Source of the DNA: an uncultured Candidatus Saccharibacteria bacterium
GTDB lineage: Bacteria; Patescibacteriota; Minisyncoccia; Phycocordibacterales; Phycocordibacteraceae
DNA length: 64,000 bases
Direction of reading: 5' to 3'
Assembly: GCA_964507275.1 (NCBI GenBank)
Contig: CAZDPG010000001.1
Span: 188,061 to 252,060 of the forward strand
This document shows, one piece after another, positions 9,030 to 18,846 of the stretch (positions within the stretch are counted from its first letter, which is position 1; each line of letters starts with the position of its first letter). Below the pieces are notes generated by a model. That model saw only the letters and a list, made by a program, of their open reading frames with translations. It searched no databases and was not told the DNA's origin. Position numbers and translations under genes: made by a program.

Positions 9030-9247
9030 TGTATATCAAAGTATTTGTGACGCCCGGCGCGAAGAAAGAAAAAGTTGAGGAGAAGGGTGAGACGCTCATG
9101 ATCTCGGTACGTGAGCCGGCTATGGGGAATCGAGCAAATGACCGGGTTCGTGAACTCGTTGCAATGCGAGAAGGGAAGCCACTGGGCTCGGTGCGCATCC
9201 TGACAGGACACCGTTCTCGCGCTAAAATGGTAAGTATTAGCAGCTAG
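9029..9247 (+). CDS. DUF167/YggU family protein
   Basis: V.VTPGAK…V.EPA..NRAN…I..G..SR.K pattern. Confidence 0.85.
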   Translation: MYIKVFVTPGAKKEKVEEKGETLMISVREPAMGNRANDRVRELVAMREGKPLGSVRILTGHRSRAKMVSISS

Positions 9248-9258
9248 CGTCCCCCGCT

Positions 9259-9621
9259 ATGAACATCACTATCAAGGCAACAAAGTATCAGCTCTCGCCT
9301 GCGACTGAAGCGCTTATCGAAGAGAAGCTCGTCGCGCCACTTAGGTTACTGGGGAAGAAAAGCGATCACGCATTGCTTGAGATAGAGATAGAAGAAGCAC
9401 CGCCCGAAGGTCGCTCGTCAGAACCGTGCCGTCTCGTCGCTCGTCTCGTCGTCGATGGCGATGTCTATCATGCTGAAGCCGTGAAGCCGACGCCGGAGAG
9501 TGCCGCCGATAGAGTGCGGAGCGAACTTGAGGCAGAGATACGCCACTCACGTGGTCGTGCTCGAAGCCTCTGGAAGAGAGGTGGTGCTGCGATTAAGCAG
9601 ATGCTCCGTTTCGGAAACTAG
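9259..9621 (+). CDS. hpf: Ribosome hibernation factor (HPF/RaiA family)
   Basis: MNITIKAT..LSPA….IEEKL start, HPF-like fold pattern and size. Confidence 0.7.
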   Translation: MNITIKATKYQLSPATEALIEEKLVAPLRLLGKKSDHALLEIEIEEAPPEGRSSEPCRLVARLVVDGDVYHAEAVKPTPESAADRVRSELEAEIRHSRGRARSLWKRGGAAIKQMLRFGN

Positions 9622-10454
9622 CTTCTTGCGAAGTCAGCAAAGCTTATTTCGCGTTTGCCCTCAGGGATGACGCGAAGGATGCGGAATATGCCGCCAGCAT
9701 ATTCGGCGCTCGTGATTTTTATGCGCTTCCCATCTTTGAAGAAATACGTGCCGATAGAGTCGGCGTAGGCGCGGTATTTATTCCAATTCTCTGTACCTGC
9801 CGCGCTAAGATCGAGTAGCCCGTCTTCCTTCTTTATCTTGTACGCGCGTGTTGCGGCAGAGGCGTCTTGCGCCATGGGCGTGATGTCTCCACATACATAC
9901 TTCGGGAGTACCTCAATGAGAAGACGTGCGCCCATCGTGATGAGTCGCGGGCGAAGCTCTTGCGCGGTCTCGGTTGCGCCGACCAGTGTCGCTTCTTGCG
10001 CAAGGATGTCGCCCGCATCCATCTCTTTCACCATCTTCTGGATGGTGACGCCAGTTTCCGACTCTCCGCTGAGGAGTGCTGTCTCAAGTGGTGTTGCGCC
10101 GCGATACTTCGGCAAGAGCGAGTAGTGCACGTTCAGGACGCCTTTAGGGAATGCTTGAATGAGGTCTTCAGGAAATATCTTGCCGTACGCGACGACAAGC
10201 GCATAGTCGCATGCGTATCCTTGTATCGTGGCGAGCGTATCGGCATCAAGCTTCTCCGGCGTGAGCACGGGGATATTGTGCGCGAGCGCGAGTGATTTCG
10301 TAGGGGACGGTGTGAGTACGAGACCGCGCCCCTTGGGAGCATCGGGAGAAGTTATGACAAGCGAAGGAGCGAATCCGCTCTCAATAAGAGTCGCAAGAGT
10401 GTCGCTCGCAACAGTCGGTGTGCCGAAGTAGGCGAAGCTAGAGGACATGTTCAT
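9618..10454 (-). CDS. fmt: Methionyl-tRNA formyltransferase
   Basis: FGTP, VVAYGKI, NVHYSLLPKYRGATP, MDAGDI. Confidence 0.95.
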   Translation of the reverse strand: MNMSSSFAYFGTPTVASDTLATLIESGFAPSLVITSPDAPKGRGLVLTPSPTKSLALAHNIPVLTPEKLDADTLATIQGYACDYALVVAYGKIFPEDLIQAFPKGVLNVHYSLLPKYRGATPLETALLSGESETGVTIQKMVKEMDAGDILAQEATLVGATETAQELRPRLITMGARLLIEVLPKYVCGDITPMAQDASAATRAYKIKKEDGLLDLSAAGTENWNKYRAYADSIGTYFFKDGKRIKITSAEYAGGIFRILRVIPEGKREISFADFARS

Positions 10455-10971
10455 GAGGAATCTTTATGAGGTGCTCGGCGTGGTCGATGAAAAGGATACC
10501 GTTCAAATGGTCGATCTCGTGCTCGAATATCTGAGCCATGAGTCCACCGCCACTTCTTTCGAAACGAGAGCCATTCTCGCTGCGCGCGCGGATAGTCACA
10601 CGCTCGTGACGCTTCGCCGTACCATAGACGCCATGGACGGAGAGACATCCTTCTTCCATCTTTGCCCGACGACGGCTCGTCTTTTCGATCTCGGGATTGA
10701 TGAATACTTCGTGTTCCGGTGGAAGCGGTTCGTGCGTGACGCCTTCTTCCATGGGCGGCGGTGGAATCGTCCGGTCCTTGCGCACGACGAAGATACGATA
10801 GGGGACGGCTATCTGGGGAGCAGCGATAGCGACCCCCTCTAGGTGGGGGTCGAGCGCGTCTTTCATGTCGGCGATAATGCCTGCGAGCTTAGGCGTCCCG
10901 AACATGTCTTCCGGTACCGGCACTGCTATTTCGCGCAGCACTGCCGCGCCGTCTTGCACGATTTCTTTCAT
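10438..10971 (-). CDS. def: Peptide deformylase
   Basis: GVAIAAPQ, EGCLS, HEIDHLNG. Confidence 0.97.
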   Translation of the reverse strand: MKEIVQDGAAVLREIAVPVPEDMFGTPKLAGIIADMKDALDPHLEGVAIAAPQIAVPYRIFVVRKDRTIPPPPMEEGVTHEPLPPEHEVFINPEIEKTSRRRAKMEEGCLSVHGVYGTAKRHERVTIRARSENGSRFERSGGGLMAQIFEHEIDHLNGILFIDHAEHLIKIPHEHVL

Positions 10972-10992
10972 GTTCCGTAATATAGCAGAAAA

Positions 10993-11286
10993 CTAGCGCG
11001 GTGGGTGCTTGGCCGGGTCGAGCTCCCACCAGAAGGTCTTGCTGAAATTCTTCGCCTGACTACACACGCTTTTCAGATAGTAGAGGTCCGCAGTGGGAAT
11101 CTGCTCGAGCACGACGCCCAGATGCGCCATGGTCATGGGCGCGAGGCCGTCGTTTGCGCGGGCATGGTTCAGATGCCGGAGGAAGAAGCGCATCATTTCG
11201 CCACGTTCGGTGAGACGTTTCTTACCCTTCGGTGCAGCAGCCGCTTTCTTCTCGAACTCGGGCATCATCTCACCGATGGATTTCAT
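10993..11286 (-). CDS. Hypothetical basic protein
   Basis: 97-aa ORF overlapping the murA stop (ATGA) with host-like codon usage. Confidence 0.7.
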   Translation of the reverse strand: MKSIGEMMPEFEKKAAAAPKGKKRLTERGEMMRFFLRHLNHARANDGLAPMTMAHLGVVLEQIPTADLYYLKSVCSQAKNFSKTFWWELDPAKHPPR

Positions 11287-12587
11287 GTTGATTCGATATG
11301 TGCACCGAGGGCTTGGAGTCGCTGCACGATGTCTTCGTACCCGCGGTTGATTGAGTAGACATTGCGGAGCGTCGAGTGACCCTTCGCTCCAAGCATCGCG
11401 ACGAGGATGATGGTTGCAGGACGGAGCGCCGGCGGGCAGATGACTTCGGCAGCTTTGAGCCGCGTCGGGCCCTCGATACTGATGCGATGCGGGTCGAAAA
11501 GGCTCGTCGAGGCACCCAGGCGGTCGAGCTCGGTGTAGTAGATGGCTCGCTTCTCGTAGACCCAGTCATGGATGAGCGTCATACCCTTGGCTTGTGTGGC
11601 TATGACGGCGAAGAAAGGGAGGTTATCGATGTTGAGACCCGGGTAGGGGCGCGCGTGGATCTTTTCCGGGAAGGCGATAAGCTCGGATGGCTTGATAGAG
11701 ATATCAGCGAGCTTCGTGATGCCGTTTTCGGAGACGCGCTTATTTGAAAGAGAGAAGATGAGCCCCATCTTCTCGAGAATGAGAAGCTCGACTTCGAGGA
11801 ACTCGATAGGTGCGGCAACGACAGTGACGGCAGAGTTGGTCACGATTGCGGATGCGATGAAGAACATTGCATCGGTCGGATCCTCGGCCACCGTGTACGA
11901 AACATCAGTATTGATATCCTCGATGCCATGTATGGTGAGCGTCGTTGAACCGATACCTTCGATACCGACCCCGAGCTTCCTCAGGAATCCGCATACTTCC
12001 TGCACCTGATAGTTCGCAGACGCGTACTTGATGACGGAGGTGCCGGGGATGCGCGCGGCCGCGAAGAGAGCATTGATCGTCGCCGTGTCGCTTGATTCAT
12101 AGAGGACTACCTCAGCCGGAGCGAGCTTCGTGTGGGTGATGCGGTACGTATCGGAATGGGCTTCGATCGCGATGCCGAATTTCTCAAGTGCCATGAGGTG
12201 CGGGCGAGCGCTTCGCAGACCGAGCGTGCAGCCGCCCGACTGCGGAAGTTCGAAATCATCGAACGAATGGACGAGAGAGCCGATGAACATGAGGATGCTA
12301 CGCGTCCGCATCGCCGCCGCGCGGTCGATGGTATCGAGCGTTATCTTCTGCGGCGGGGTGATGATGACATCTGTCCCGTGCCACTCCACAGAGACGCCGA
12401 GCGAGCGAAGCACCTCGATGAGGCGGTTCACTTCCTCTATCTTGGGCACGTGCTCGAGCGTCGTCTTCCCGCGGTTCAGGAGGGAAGCGGCCAGGAGCGC
12501 GACGGCGCCGTTTTTCGACCGACTAGTCTCCACGCTCCCTGAAAGCGGCGTACCGCCGTCGATGACGAAGTTCATTTCTCCTTGCAT
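11283..12587 (-). CDS. murA: UDP-N-acetylglucosamine 1-carboxyvinyltransferase
   Basis: SKNGA, GGC.LG.R catalytic Cys loop, PYPG, I.RGYE. Start set at MQGEMNF by TGgTACACT-N7-ATG; 12575 is an alternative start. Confidence 0.93.
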   Translation of the reverse strand: MQGEMNFVIDGGTPLSGSVETSRSKNGAVALLAASLLNRGKTTLEHVPKIEEVNRLIEVLRSLGVSVEWHGTDVIITPPQKITLDTIDRAAAMRTRSILMFIGSLVHSFDDFELPQSGGCTLGLRSARPHLMALEKFGIAIEAHSDTYRITHTKLAPAEVVLYESSDTATINALFAAARIPGTSVIKYASANYQVQEVCGFLRKLGVGIEGIGSTTLTIHGIEDINTDVSYTVAEDPTDAMFFIASAIVTNSAVTVVAAPIEFLEVELLILEKMGLIFSLSNKRVSENGITKLADISIKPSELIAFPEKIHARPYPGLNIDNLPFFAVIATQAKGMTLIHDWVYEKRAIYYTELDRLGASTSLFDPHRISIEGPTRLKAAEVICPPALRPATIILVAMLGAKGHSTLRNVYSINRGYEDIVQRLQALGAHIEST

Positions 12588-12612
12588 GGGAGGTAGTGTA
12601 CCATTACGACAA
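12588..12612. promoter_or_regulatory. Overlapping divergent -10 elements for murA and mreB
   Basis: Minus strand TACACT (12595-12600) then 7 nt then ATG; plus strand TACCAT (12599-12604) then 8 nt then ATG. Confidence 0.55.
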
Positions 12613-13641
12613 ATGTCATTCTTTTCCCCCAAACTCGGCATTGACCTCGGGACGACAAATGTTCTCGTTTTCGTGCCGAATAAGGGCGTCGTCATCAACG
12701 AACCGTCGGTCGTCGCGGTCTCCAAAGAGCGTGGGAAGTTCGGAGGCAAGAACAAGATTCTCGCCATTGGCATCGAAGCGAAGAAGATGATCGGCCGCAC
12801 GCCGGACGACATCATTGCGTATCGTCCGATGAAGGATGGAGTCATCGCCGACTATCGTGTGACGGAAGCGATGCTCCGGTATTTCATGCGCAAAGCATTG
12901 GGATGGAACCCTTTCCGTCCGACCGTGCTCGTCTCCGTCCCGGCGGGCGTGACGAGCACAGAGAAGCGCGCGGTCATCGAAGCGGCGATGAAAGCCGGCG
13001 CGAAGAATGCGTATGTGGTGAAAGAGCCGATTCTTGCGGCTATCGGCGCGGGCATTCCCATTCATGAGCCGATGGGGCGCATGGTCGCAGATATCGGTGG
13101 TGGCACGATCGACGTCGCCGTAATCTCTCTTGGCGGCATCGTCGCATCGACATCGGTGAAGTGTGCGGGGAATCGTCTCGACCGCGCCATAGCGGATCAT
13201 ATAAAGAGGCATCACAACCTTGCCATCGGCGACAAGACCGCCGAGGACGTGAAGATTCGCGTCGGTGCAGCCGTGCCCATGAACGAAGAGCTCACCATGG
13301 CGGTGAAGGGGAGTGATCTCATGAGCGGCCTGCCACGTACCGTCGACATCTCGACGAATGACATCGTGCAGGCGATGTCACGTGAACTTCGCGAAATGAC
13401 GCAGGCGATACGTAAGGTGCTCCAGGATACGCCGCCCGAGCTTGCTGCCGACATCATCGACAATGGCATTATCCTCACGGGCGGCTCGTCGCAGTTGCGC
13501 CAGATGCCCGAACTCGTGTATCGCCGGACAGGCGTGATGGCGAAGCTCGCGAGCGATCCCTATTACTGTGTCGCGCGCGGTACGGGCATTGCGCTCAAGC
13601 ATTTGGGTACGTATCAGAAAAGTATCTTAGCGAAGCAATGA
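12613..13641 (+). CDS. mreB: Rod shape-determining protein MreB (paralogue 1)
   Basis: GIDLGTTN, NEPSVVA, DIGGGT, LTGG; true start is MSFFSPK. Confidence 0.95.
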   Translation: MSFFSPKLGIDLGTTNVLVFVPNKGVVINEPSVVAVSKERGKFGGKNKILAIGIEAKKMIGRTPDDIIAYRPMKDGVIADYRVTEAMLRYFMRKALGWNPFRPTVLVSVPAGVTSTEKRAVIEAAMKAGAKNAYVVKEPILAAIGAGIPIHEPMGRMVADIGGGTIDVAVISLGGIVASTSVKCAGNRLDRAIADHIKRHHNLAIGDKTAEDVKIRVGAAVPMNEELTMAVKGSDLMSGLPRTVDISTNDIVQAMSRELREMTQAIRKVLQDTPPELAADIIDNGIILTGGSSQLRQMPELVYRRTGVMAKLASDPYYCVARGTGIALKHLGTYQKSILAKQ

Positions 13642-14315
13642 GACACCACGCGTTTGTCATCGAGGCGGAGACAGAAGAGGGAATCGGCATCGCGAGCGCG
13701 TGGGCAGAAAGGGAATTGAGGATGAAGGTAGAGAACAATCCCGATGTCGTCGTGCTACGCTACGGACTCTTCTCGGTGGCGGATGCTCGTCGCGCAACCG
13801 AGCTTGCTACTGGCGTAGCATTCCGGGGCGAGCATAAGGTCGTCATCATTGCGGCCTCGCGCGCGTATCACGAGGCGCAGAATGCGCTCTTGAAAGTCTT
13901 CGAAGAGCCGCCGGCAGGGACGTACCTCTTCCTCATCCTGCCGAGCCTGGGCGGACTCCTTCCGACGCTCCGCTCCCGCGTCCAAGTTCTCGATGCGGGT
14001 CGAGGAATCGCGAAGCCTGCAATCTCCGCGATTGCAGAAGAATTTTTAAAAGCGACCAAAGAGAAGCGGAGCGCACTCATCAAGAAACTCACGAGCGGGA
14101 AGGATGACGAGGATCGGCGCGAGAACCGCGACCTCGCTCTCGCAATCGTGAATGGTATTGAAGCGACCGCATACGAGAATCTCAAGCGTGGCGGTCCGAC
14201 TGCGGCGCTTCTGTCGGACATCGCCGCTCTGCGTTCGCATCTCTATGACCGCAGTGCGCCGGTGAAGATGATCCTCGAGCACCTTTCGCTCGTCACACCG
14301 AAAGATTTGGTATAA
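13638..14315 (+). CDS. holB: DNA polymerase III delta-prime-like clamp-loader subunit (short)
   Basis: EAQNALLK.FEEPP and LLPTLRSR motifs. Confidence 0.7.
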   Translation: MRHHAFVIEAETEEGIGIASAWAERELRMKVENNPDVVVLRYGLFSVADARRATELATGVAFRGEHKVVIIAASRAYHEAQNALLKVFEEPPAGTYLFLILPSLGGLLPTLRSRVQVLDAGRGIAKPAISAIAEEFLKATKEKRSALIKKLTSGKDDEDRRENRDLALAIVNGIEATAYENLKRGGPTAALLSDIAALRSHLYDRSAPVKMILEHLSLVTPKDLV

Positions 14316-14324
14316 TCAGCGCAT

Positions 14325-14876
14325 ATGGCATACGACTTTTCAAAACTGAAGGCAGATATCAAAGAGACCGAGGAGTGGCTCGCGCGTGAACTCTCAGGTG
14401 TTCGTACTGGCCGGGCGACACCGACTTTGCTCGACGGTGTGAAGCCCGAAGCCTACGGTACCCGCACGCCGATCAAAGAGCTTGCAAACATCTCAGTCGA
14501 AGACGCGCGCACAATCCGCATCACCCCGTGGGACAAGGAACTCCTGAAGGCGATTGAAAAAGGAATTACCGACGCCGATCTCGGCATCAGCGTTTCGACT
14601 GATGATCAGGGACTGCGCATCGCGTTCCCTGAACTCACTGGTGAGCGCCGCGTACAACTGAACAAGATTGCAAGCGAGAAGACCGAACAGGCGAAAGTGA
14701 CACTCCGCGGGCACCGTACCGACGCCATCAAAGCGCTCGATGCCGCAGAAAAGGAAGGAGGCATGGGCAAGGACGAGATTGCACGACTCAAGACCGAAGT
14801 GCAGAAGCTCATCGATGCTGGCAACGAAGCACTCGCAGGCCATCTCGCCAAGAAAGAGACAGAAATTTCGCTCTAA
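14325..14876 (+). CDS. frr: Ribosome recycling factor
   Basis: RTGRATP.LL and PELT.ERR motifs. Confidence 0.96.
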   Translation: MAYDFSKLKADIKETEEWLARELSGVRTGRATPTLLDGVKPEAYGTRTPIKELANISVEDARTIRITPWDKELLKAIEKGITDADLGISVSTDDQGLRIAFPELTGERRVQLNKIASEKTEQAKVTLRGHRTDAIKALDAAEKEGGMGKDEIARLKTEVQKLIDAGNEALAGHLAKKETEISL

Positions 14877-14885
14877 GTATTGTAG

Positions 14886-15986
14886 ATGGACATCCTCACC
14901 TTCATTGCCGTCATCGTCGCACTCATCGTGGTGCACGAGTTCGGACATTTCATAGCGGCGAAGCTCTCCGGTATGCGCGTCGACGAGTTCGGGCTCGGCT
15001 ATCCGCCGCGTGCGCTCACCATCGCCAAAGCTGGCGGGACCGAATACACACTCAACTGGCTGCCGTTCGGTGGCTTCGTGAAGATATTCGGTGAAGACGG
15101 ACTCTCTGCCGATGTTCCGAAGGATCCTCGCGCCTTTTCTTCGCGTCCGCGCATCACGCAGGCGATTGTACTTGCTGCAGGCGTCACGATGAATCTCCTC
15201 TTCGCGTATGTTCTCATCACGGGCGCACTCATCACCGGTACGCCGCGCGCGCTTTCTGAGAGTGAGGTCGCTGGAGCAGAACAGACTGCGCTCGCCGTGG
15301 CGAACGTGCTTCCCGGCTCTCCTGCGGCTCTTGCGGGCATCATCCCGGGCGATTCCATCCTCGCCGCTAAAGATGCAGAAGCAGAGTGGCGCGCTATTGA
15401 TCCGAAGAGCTTCTCCAGCTTTGTCGCGAAGAGCGGTGGAAGCGACATCGTGCTCACGGTGAAGCGGGGTGGGGAAGAGCAATCCATAACCGCGGTGCCC
15501 GTAGCGGGCATCATCACGTCTGATCCATTCCGCTATGCCCTCGGGGTTGAGGTCGCCACTATTGGCGTCGTTCCGCTCTCATTCAGCGCGGCGTTGGTCG
15601 AAGGCGCGTCACTCACGTGGGAGACTACCCGCATCACTGCGAAGGGTCTGGTGCATTTCTTCTACGGCGTCTTCACGCTCTCGGCGGATCTCTCGCAAGT
15701 GGCGGGTCCGGTCGGCATCGCAGGCGCGGTCGGCTCTGCATCGGCGCAGGGTATCGGGGATCTTCTTTCCATCATGGCAATCATCTCAATTAATCTCGCG
15801 CTCATCAATCTCATTCCCATTCCTGCGCTTGATGGCGGCCGTCTCCTTTTCGTCCTCATCGAGAGCGTCATCCGGCGTCCTATAAAACAAAGCATCACGC
15901 GAACCATGAATGCCGCGAGCTTCGTTCTACTCATCCTGCTTATGCTTGTCGTCACCGCGCACGACATATTTAAGATTGTCGGATAA
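14886..15986 (+). CDS. rseP: Site-2 (M50) intramembrane metalloprotease with PDZ domain
   Basis: HEFGH, NLIPIPALDGG, central PDZ domain (GSPAALAGIIPGD). Confidence 0.93.
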   Translation: MDILTFIAVIVALIVVHEFGHFIAAKLSGMRVDEFGLGYPPRALTIAKAGGTEYTLNWLPFGGFVKIFGEDGLSADVPKDPRAFSSRPRITQAIVLAAGVTMNLLFAYVLITGALITGTPRALSESEVAGAEQTALAVANVLPGSPAALAGIIPGDSILAAKDAEAEWRAIDPKSFSSFVAKSGGSDIVLTVKRGGEEQSITAVPVAGIITSDPFRYALGVEVATIGVVPLSFSAALVEGASLTWETTRITAKGLVHFFYGVFTLSADLSQVAGPVGIAGAVGSASAQGIGDLLSIMAIISINLALINLIPIPALDGGRLLFVLIESVIRRPIKQSITRTMNAASFVLLILLMLVVTAHDIFKIVG

Positions 15987-15989
15987 ATG

Positions 15990-16015
15990 AAAAGCCGCCT
16001 TATACGGGCGGCCTT
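15990..16015. terminator. Terminator hairpin between convergent genes
   Basis: AAAAGCCGCCT-TATAC-GGGCGGCCTT. Confidence 0.6.
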
Positions 16016-16032
16016 GCGAGCAAGAGATTCGC

Positions 16033-16422
16033 TCAGGATGGCACGGCTGCTACTGGCAGGGGAGTCCGTCCGAGCATCGTCGACGTGTTCTCGACGACCG
16101 CAGCGATGAAGCTGACGGCATCGATGACCTCCTTCCAGTTCCATTCGGGTTCTCCCCAGAAGCGGAGGTTCATCGAGATAGTGCGCAGGTTGTCGTGGCA
16201 TGCGCCGAGCAGGCACCTCCACATGACCAGGTTGCTTTCGTCACGGATAACCAGCCGCGCTTCGTCATCGAGTTCCTTCAGCGCTATCCGGATGCCGCAC
16301 TCAAACTCAAGCACGGCGTGGAGGGTGTGCCTCTCTCCGATGTGAACGAGGTGAGTGGTGAGATCTGCTGCGAACTCGCGCGCCAACCGGTAGGCGTCGA
16401 CGAACGTGTTGTTCGAGAACAT
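16033..16422 (-). CDS. Orphan hypothetical protein (about 129 aa)
   Basis: Start MFSNNTF is preceded by an AAGGAG SD and a TTGACA-N16-TAGAGT promoter (16490-16463). Confidence 0.6.
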   Translation of the reverse strand: MFSNNTFVDAYRLAREFAADLTTHLVHIGERHTLHAVLEFECGIRIALKELDDEARLVIRDESNLVMWRCLLGACHDNLRTISMNLRFWGEPEWNWKEVIDAVSFIAAVVENTSTMLGRTPLPVAAVPS

Positions 16423-16545
16423 GAGGGTCTCCTTTGCGTAGTGGGGTGGGCTTTCTTCCGGCACTCTACTATCTCGCGAAGCAATGTCAATTTCCTCCCG
16501 TTGTCTCTTTTGCCGAGCGGGTAGGGTGGGCGTATACTGTGGCGC

Positions 16546-17790
16546 ATGAGACAATCCCAGCTCTTCACGAAGACCCGGCGCGAAGCTCCGTCCGACGAGG
16601 TCTCGAAAAACGCTCAACTGCTTGTACGTGCAGGCTTCGTGCATAAAGAGATGGCGGGTGTCTATTCATATCTCCCGCTCGGCCTGCGCACACTGAACAA
16701 CATCATCGGTATCATTCGCGAAGAGATGAATGCCATCGGCGGGCAAGAACTCGTCATGACCGCGCTCCAGGACAAAGATCTCTGGAGTCGCACAGACCGT
16801 TGGGATGATGACAAAGTCGATAACTGGTTCAAGACGTCGTTCAAGAGCGGTGGAGAAACTGGACTCGGCATCACGCATGAAGAGCCGCTCACGCGCATCA
16901 TGACCGAACACATCTCCTCGTATCGCGACCTCCCAGTCTATGCGTATCAATTTCAGAATAAGTTCCGTAACGAGCTCCGCGCGAAGTCGGGCATCATGCG
17001 TGGCAAGGAATTCATGATGAAGGACCTCTACTCGTTCTCGAAAGATGAGGCCGCGCACGCCTCTTTCTATGACAAAGCGAGAGCGGCCTACCTGAAGGTT
17101 TTCCAGCGTGCCGGCATCGGCGATAAGACGTATGTCACGTTCGCGTCTGGTGGGATATTCAGTGAATTCTCAGAGGAGTTTCAGACGGTCTCTGATGCGG
17201 GAGAAGACATCATTTATATAGATGAAGAGAAGCGCCTCGCCGTCAACAAAGAGGTCCTTACGGACGAGACGCTTGCGAAGCTCGGCATGGACCGTGCGAA
17301 GCTCGTCGAGAAGAAAGCCATCGAGGCCGGGAATATTTTCAATCTCGGTACGCGGTTCTCAGAGCCGCTCGGCCTCTCCTACACCGATGAGACTGGAGCA
17401 AAGAAGCCGGTCGTCATGGGAAGCTATGGCATCGGCCCCACTAGGCTCATGGGAATCATCGTCGAGACGCTCGCTGATGAGAAGGGGCTTGTTTGGCCGG
17501 AGGAAGTTGCCCCATTCTCGTATCATCTCGTGTCACTCGGGCACGATGGCGACGACGTCTCGAAAGTGGCTGACGCGCTCTACTCTGACCTGACCGCTGC
17601 AGGCATCGGGGTGCTCTATGATGATCGCAATCTGCGTGCTGGCGAGAAGTTCGCCGAGAGCGACCTCTTGGGTATGCCGCAGCGAATCGTGGTCGGCAAG
17701 GATGCTGTGGCGACGGGCGAGTTCGAAGTAGTCGTTCGTGCGACCGGACAGATGACGAAGAAGACCCGCGAAGACCTCCTCGCCCGTTAG
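16546..17790 (+). CDS. proS: Proline--tRNA ligase (short form without editing insert)
   Basis: MRQS.LF..T, THEE, KFRNELR..SGIMR.KEF.MKD.YSF, MGSYGIG. Confidence 0.96.
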   Translation: MRQSQLFTKTRREAPSDEVSKNAQLLVRAGFVHKEMAGVYSYLPLGLRTLNNIIGIIREEMNAIGGQELVMTALQDKDLWSRTDRWDDDKVDNWFKTSFKSGGETGLGITHEEPLTRIMTEHISSYRDLPVYAYQFQNKFRNELRAKSGIMRGKEFMMKDLYSFSKDEAAHASFYDKARAAYLKVFQRAGIGDKTYVTFASGGIFSEFSEEFQTVSDAGEDIIYIDEEKRLAVNKEVLTDETLAKLGMDRAKLVEKKAIEAGNIFNLGTRFSEPLGLSYTDETGAKKPVVMGSYGIGPTRLMGIIVETLADEKGLVWPEEVAPFSYHLVSLGHDGDDVSKVADALYSDLTAAGIGVLYDDRNLRAGEKFAESDLLGMPQRIVVGKDAVATGEFEVVVRATGQMTKKTREDLLAR

Positions 17791-17793
17791 AAT

Positions 17794-18846
17794 ATGTCGC
17801 GATTCTCGAAAAACCTGCTCTTCAGTAACGACATCGCAATCGATCTCGGGACTGCCAATACGCTTGTCTACGTGCGCGGCAGAGGCGTCGTGATTAACGA
17901 GCCGTCAGTCGTTGCGGTCAATGACAAGACACACCAGGTCGTTGCGGTGGGGAAGGAAGCAAAGACGATGTTCGGGAAGACACCGGCACACATACGCACG
18001 GTGCGTCCGCTCTCGCACGGTGTCATTTCTGATTTCGAAGTGACGGAAGAGCTTCTGAGTTATCTCATCAATAAGGCGCAGAACGGCCGATCGCGACTTT
18101 TCGGCCCGCGAGTCGTGATAGGCGTGCCGACAGGCGTGACGAACGTGCAGAGCCGAGCGGTGCGAGACGCGGCGAAGAATGCAGGCGCGCGCGAAGCATT
18201 CATACTCGAAGAGCCGGTCGCCGGCGCAATCGGCGCGAAACTCCCGGTGAACGAGGCAGTCGGCACGATGGTGCTCGATATCGGTGGCGGTACGACCGAC
18301 ATCGCAGTCATCGCGCTCCGCGGCGTCGTCGCCTCAAAGAGTTCGCATGTCGCGGGAGATCGTTTTAATGAAAATATCATCGAATACGTGCGTAGTGAGT
18401 TTAAGCTGGGTATCGGCGAGCGCACGGCCGAAGATGTGAAGATAGGTATCGGGTCAGTGACGCCTCTTGTGGAGTCTCTCTCGAGGAACGTGCGAGGGCG
18501 CGACTTCGCAACGGGTCTTCCGCGAGAAGTGATGCTCTCCGATAGTCATATTCGCGAAGCAATCACTCCATCGCTCGATGCGCTCATGGATGCGATGAAA
18601 GAAGTCATCGAGACGACCCCTCCCGAACTTCTCTCTGATGTTCTCGAACACGGCGTGACCGTCTTTGGCGGTGGCGCACTCCTGCGCGGGCTGCCACAGG
18701 TGCTTGCGAAGATGCTTGGTGTACCGGTGAAGGTCGCACCCGACCCTCTCACGGCGGTCGTGCGAGGTGCGGGCATTGTGACCGAGAATCCCGAACCCTA
18801 CGCGGATTTCTTTATCGATGAAGAGGACATTCTTAGCGAGGCGTAA
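17794..18846 (+). CDS. mreB: Rod shape-determining protein MreB (paralogue 2)
   Basis: IAIDLGTANT, DIGGGTT, GGGALL; lies upstream of mreC. Confidence 0.95.
   Translation: MSRFSKNLLFSNDIAIDLGTANTLVYVRGRGVVINEPSVVAVNDKTHQVVAVGKEAKTMFGKTPAHIRTVRPLSHGVISDFEVTEELLSYLINKAQNGRSRLFGPRVVIGVPTGVTNVQSRAVRDAAKNAGAREAFILEEPVAGAIGAKLPVNEAVGTMVLDIGGGTTDIAVIALRGVVASKSSHVAGDRFNENIIEYVRSEFKLGIGERTAEDVKIGIGSVTPLVESLSRNVRGRDFATGLPREVMLSDSHIREAITPSLDALMDAMKEVIETTPPELLSDVLEHGVTVFGGGALLRGLPQVLAKMLGVPVKVAPDPLTAVVRGAGIVTENPEPYADFFIDEEDILSEA

Noticed and set aside
12130-12845. Apparent 700-bp head-to-head overlap of the 520-aa and 503-aa ORFs
   Set aside because: Both N-terminal extensions are antisense read-through of the opposite gene; the real starts are murA at 12587 and mreB at 12613.
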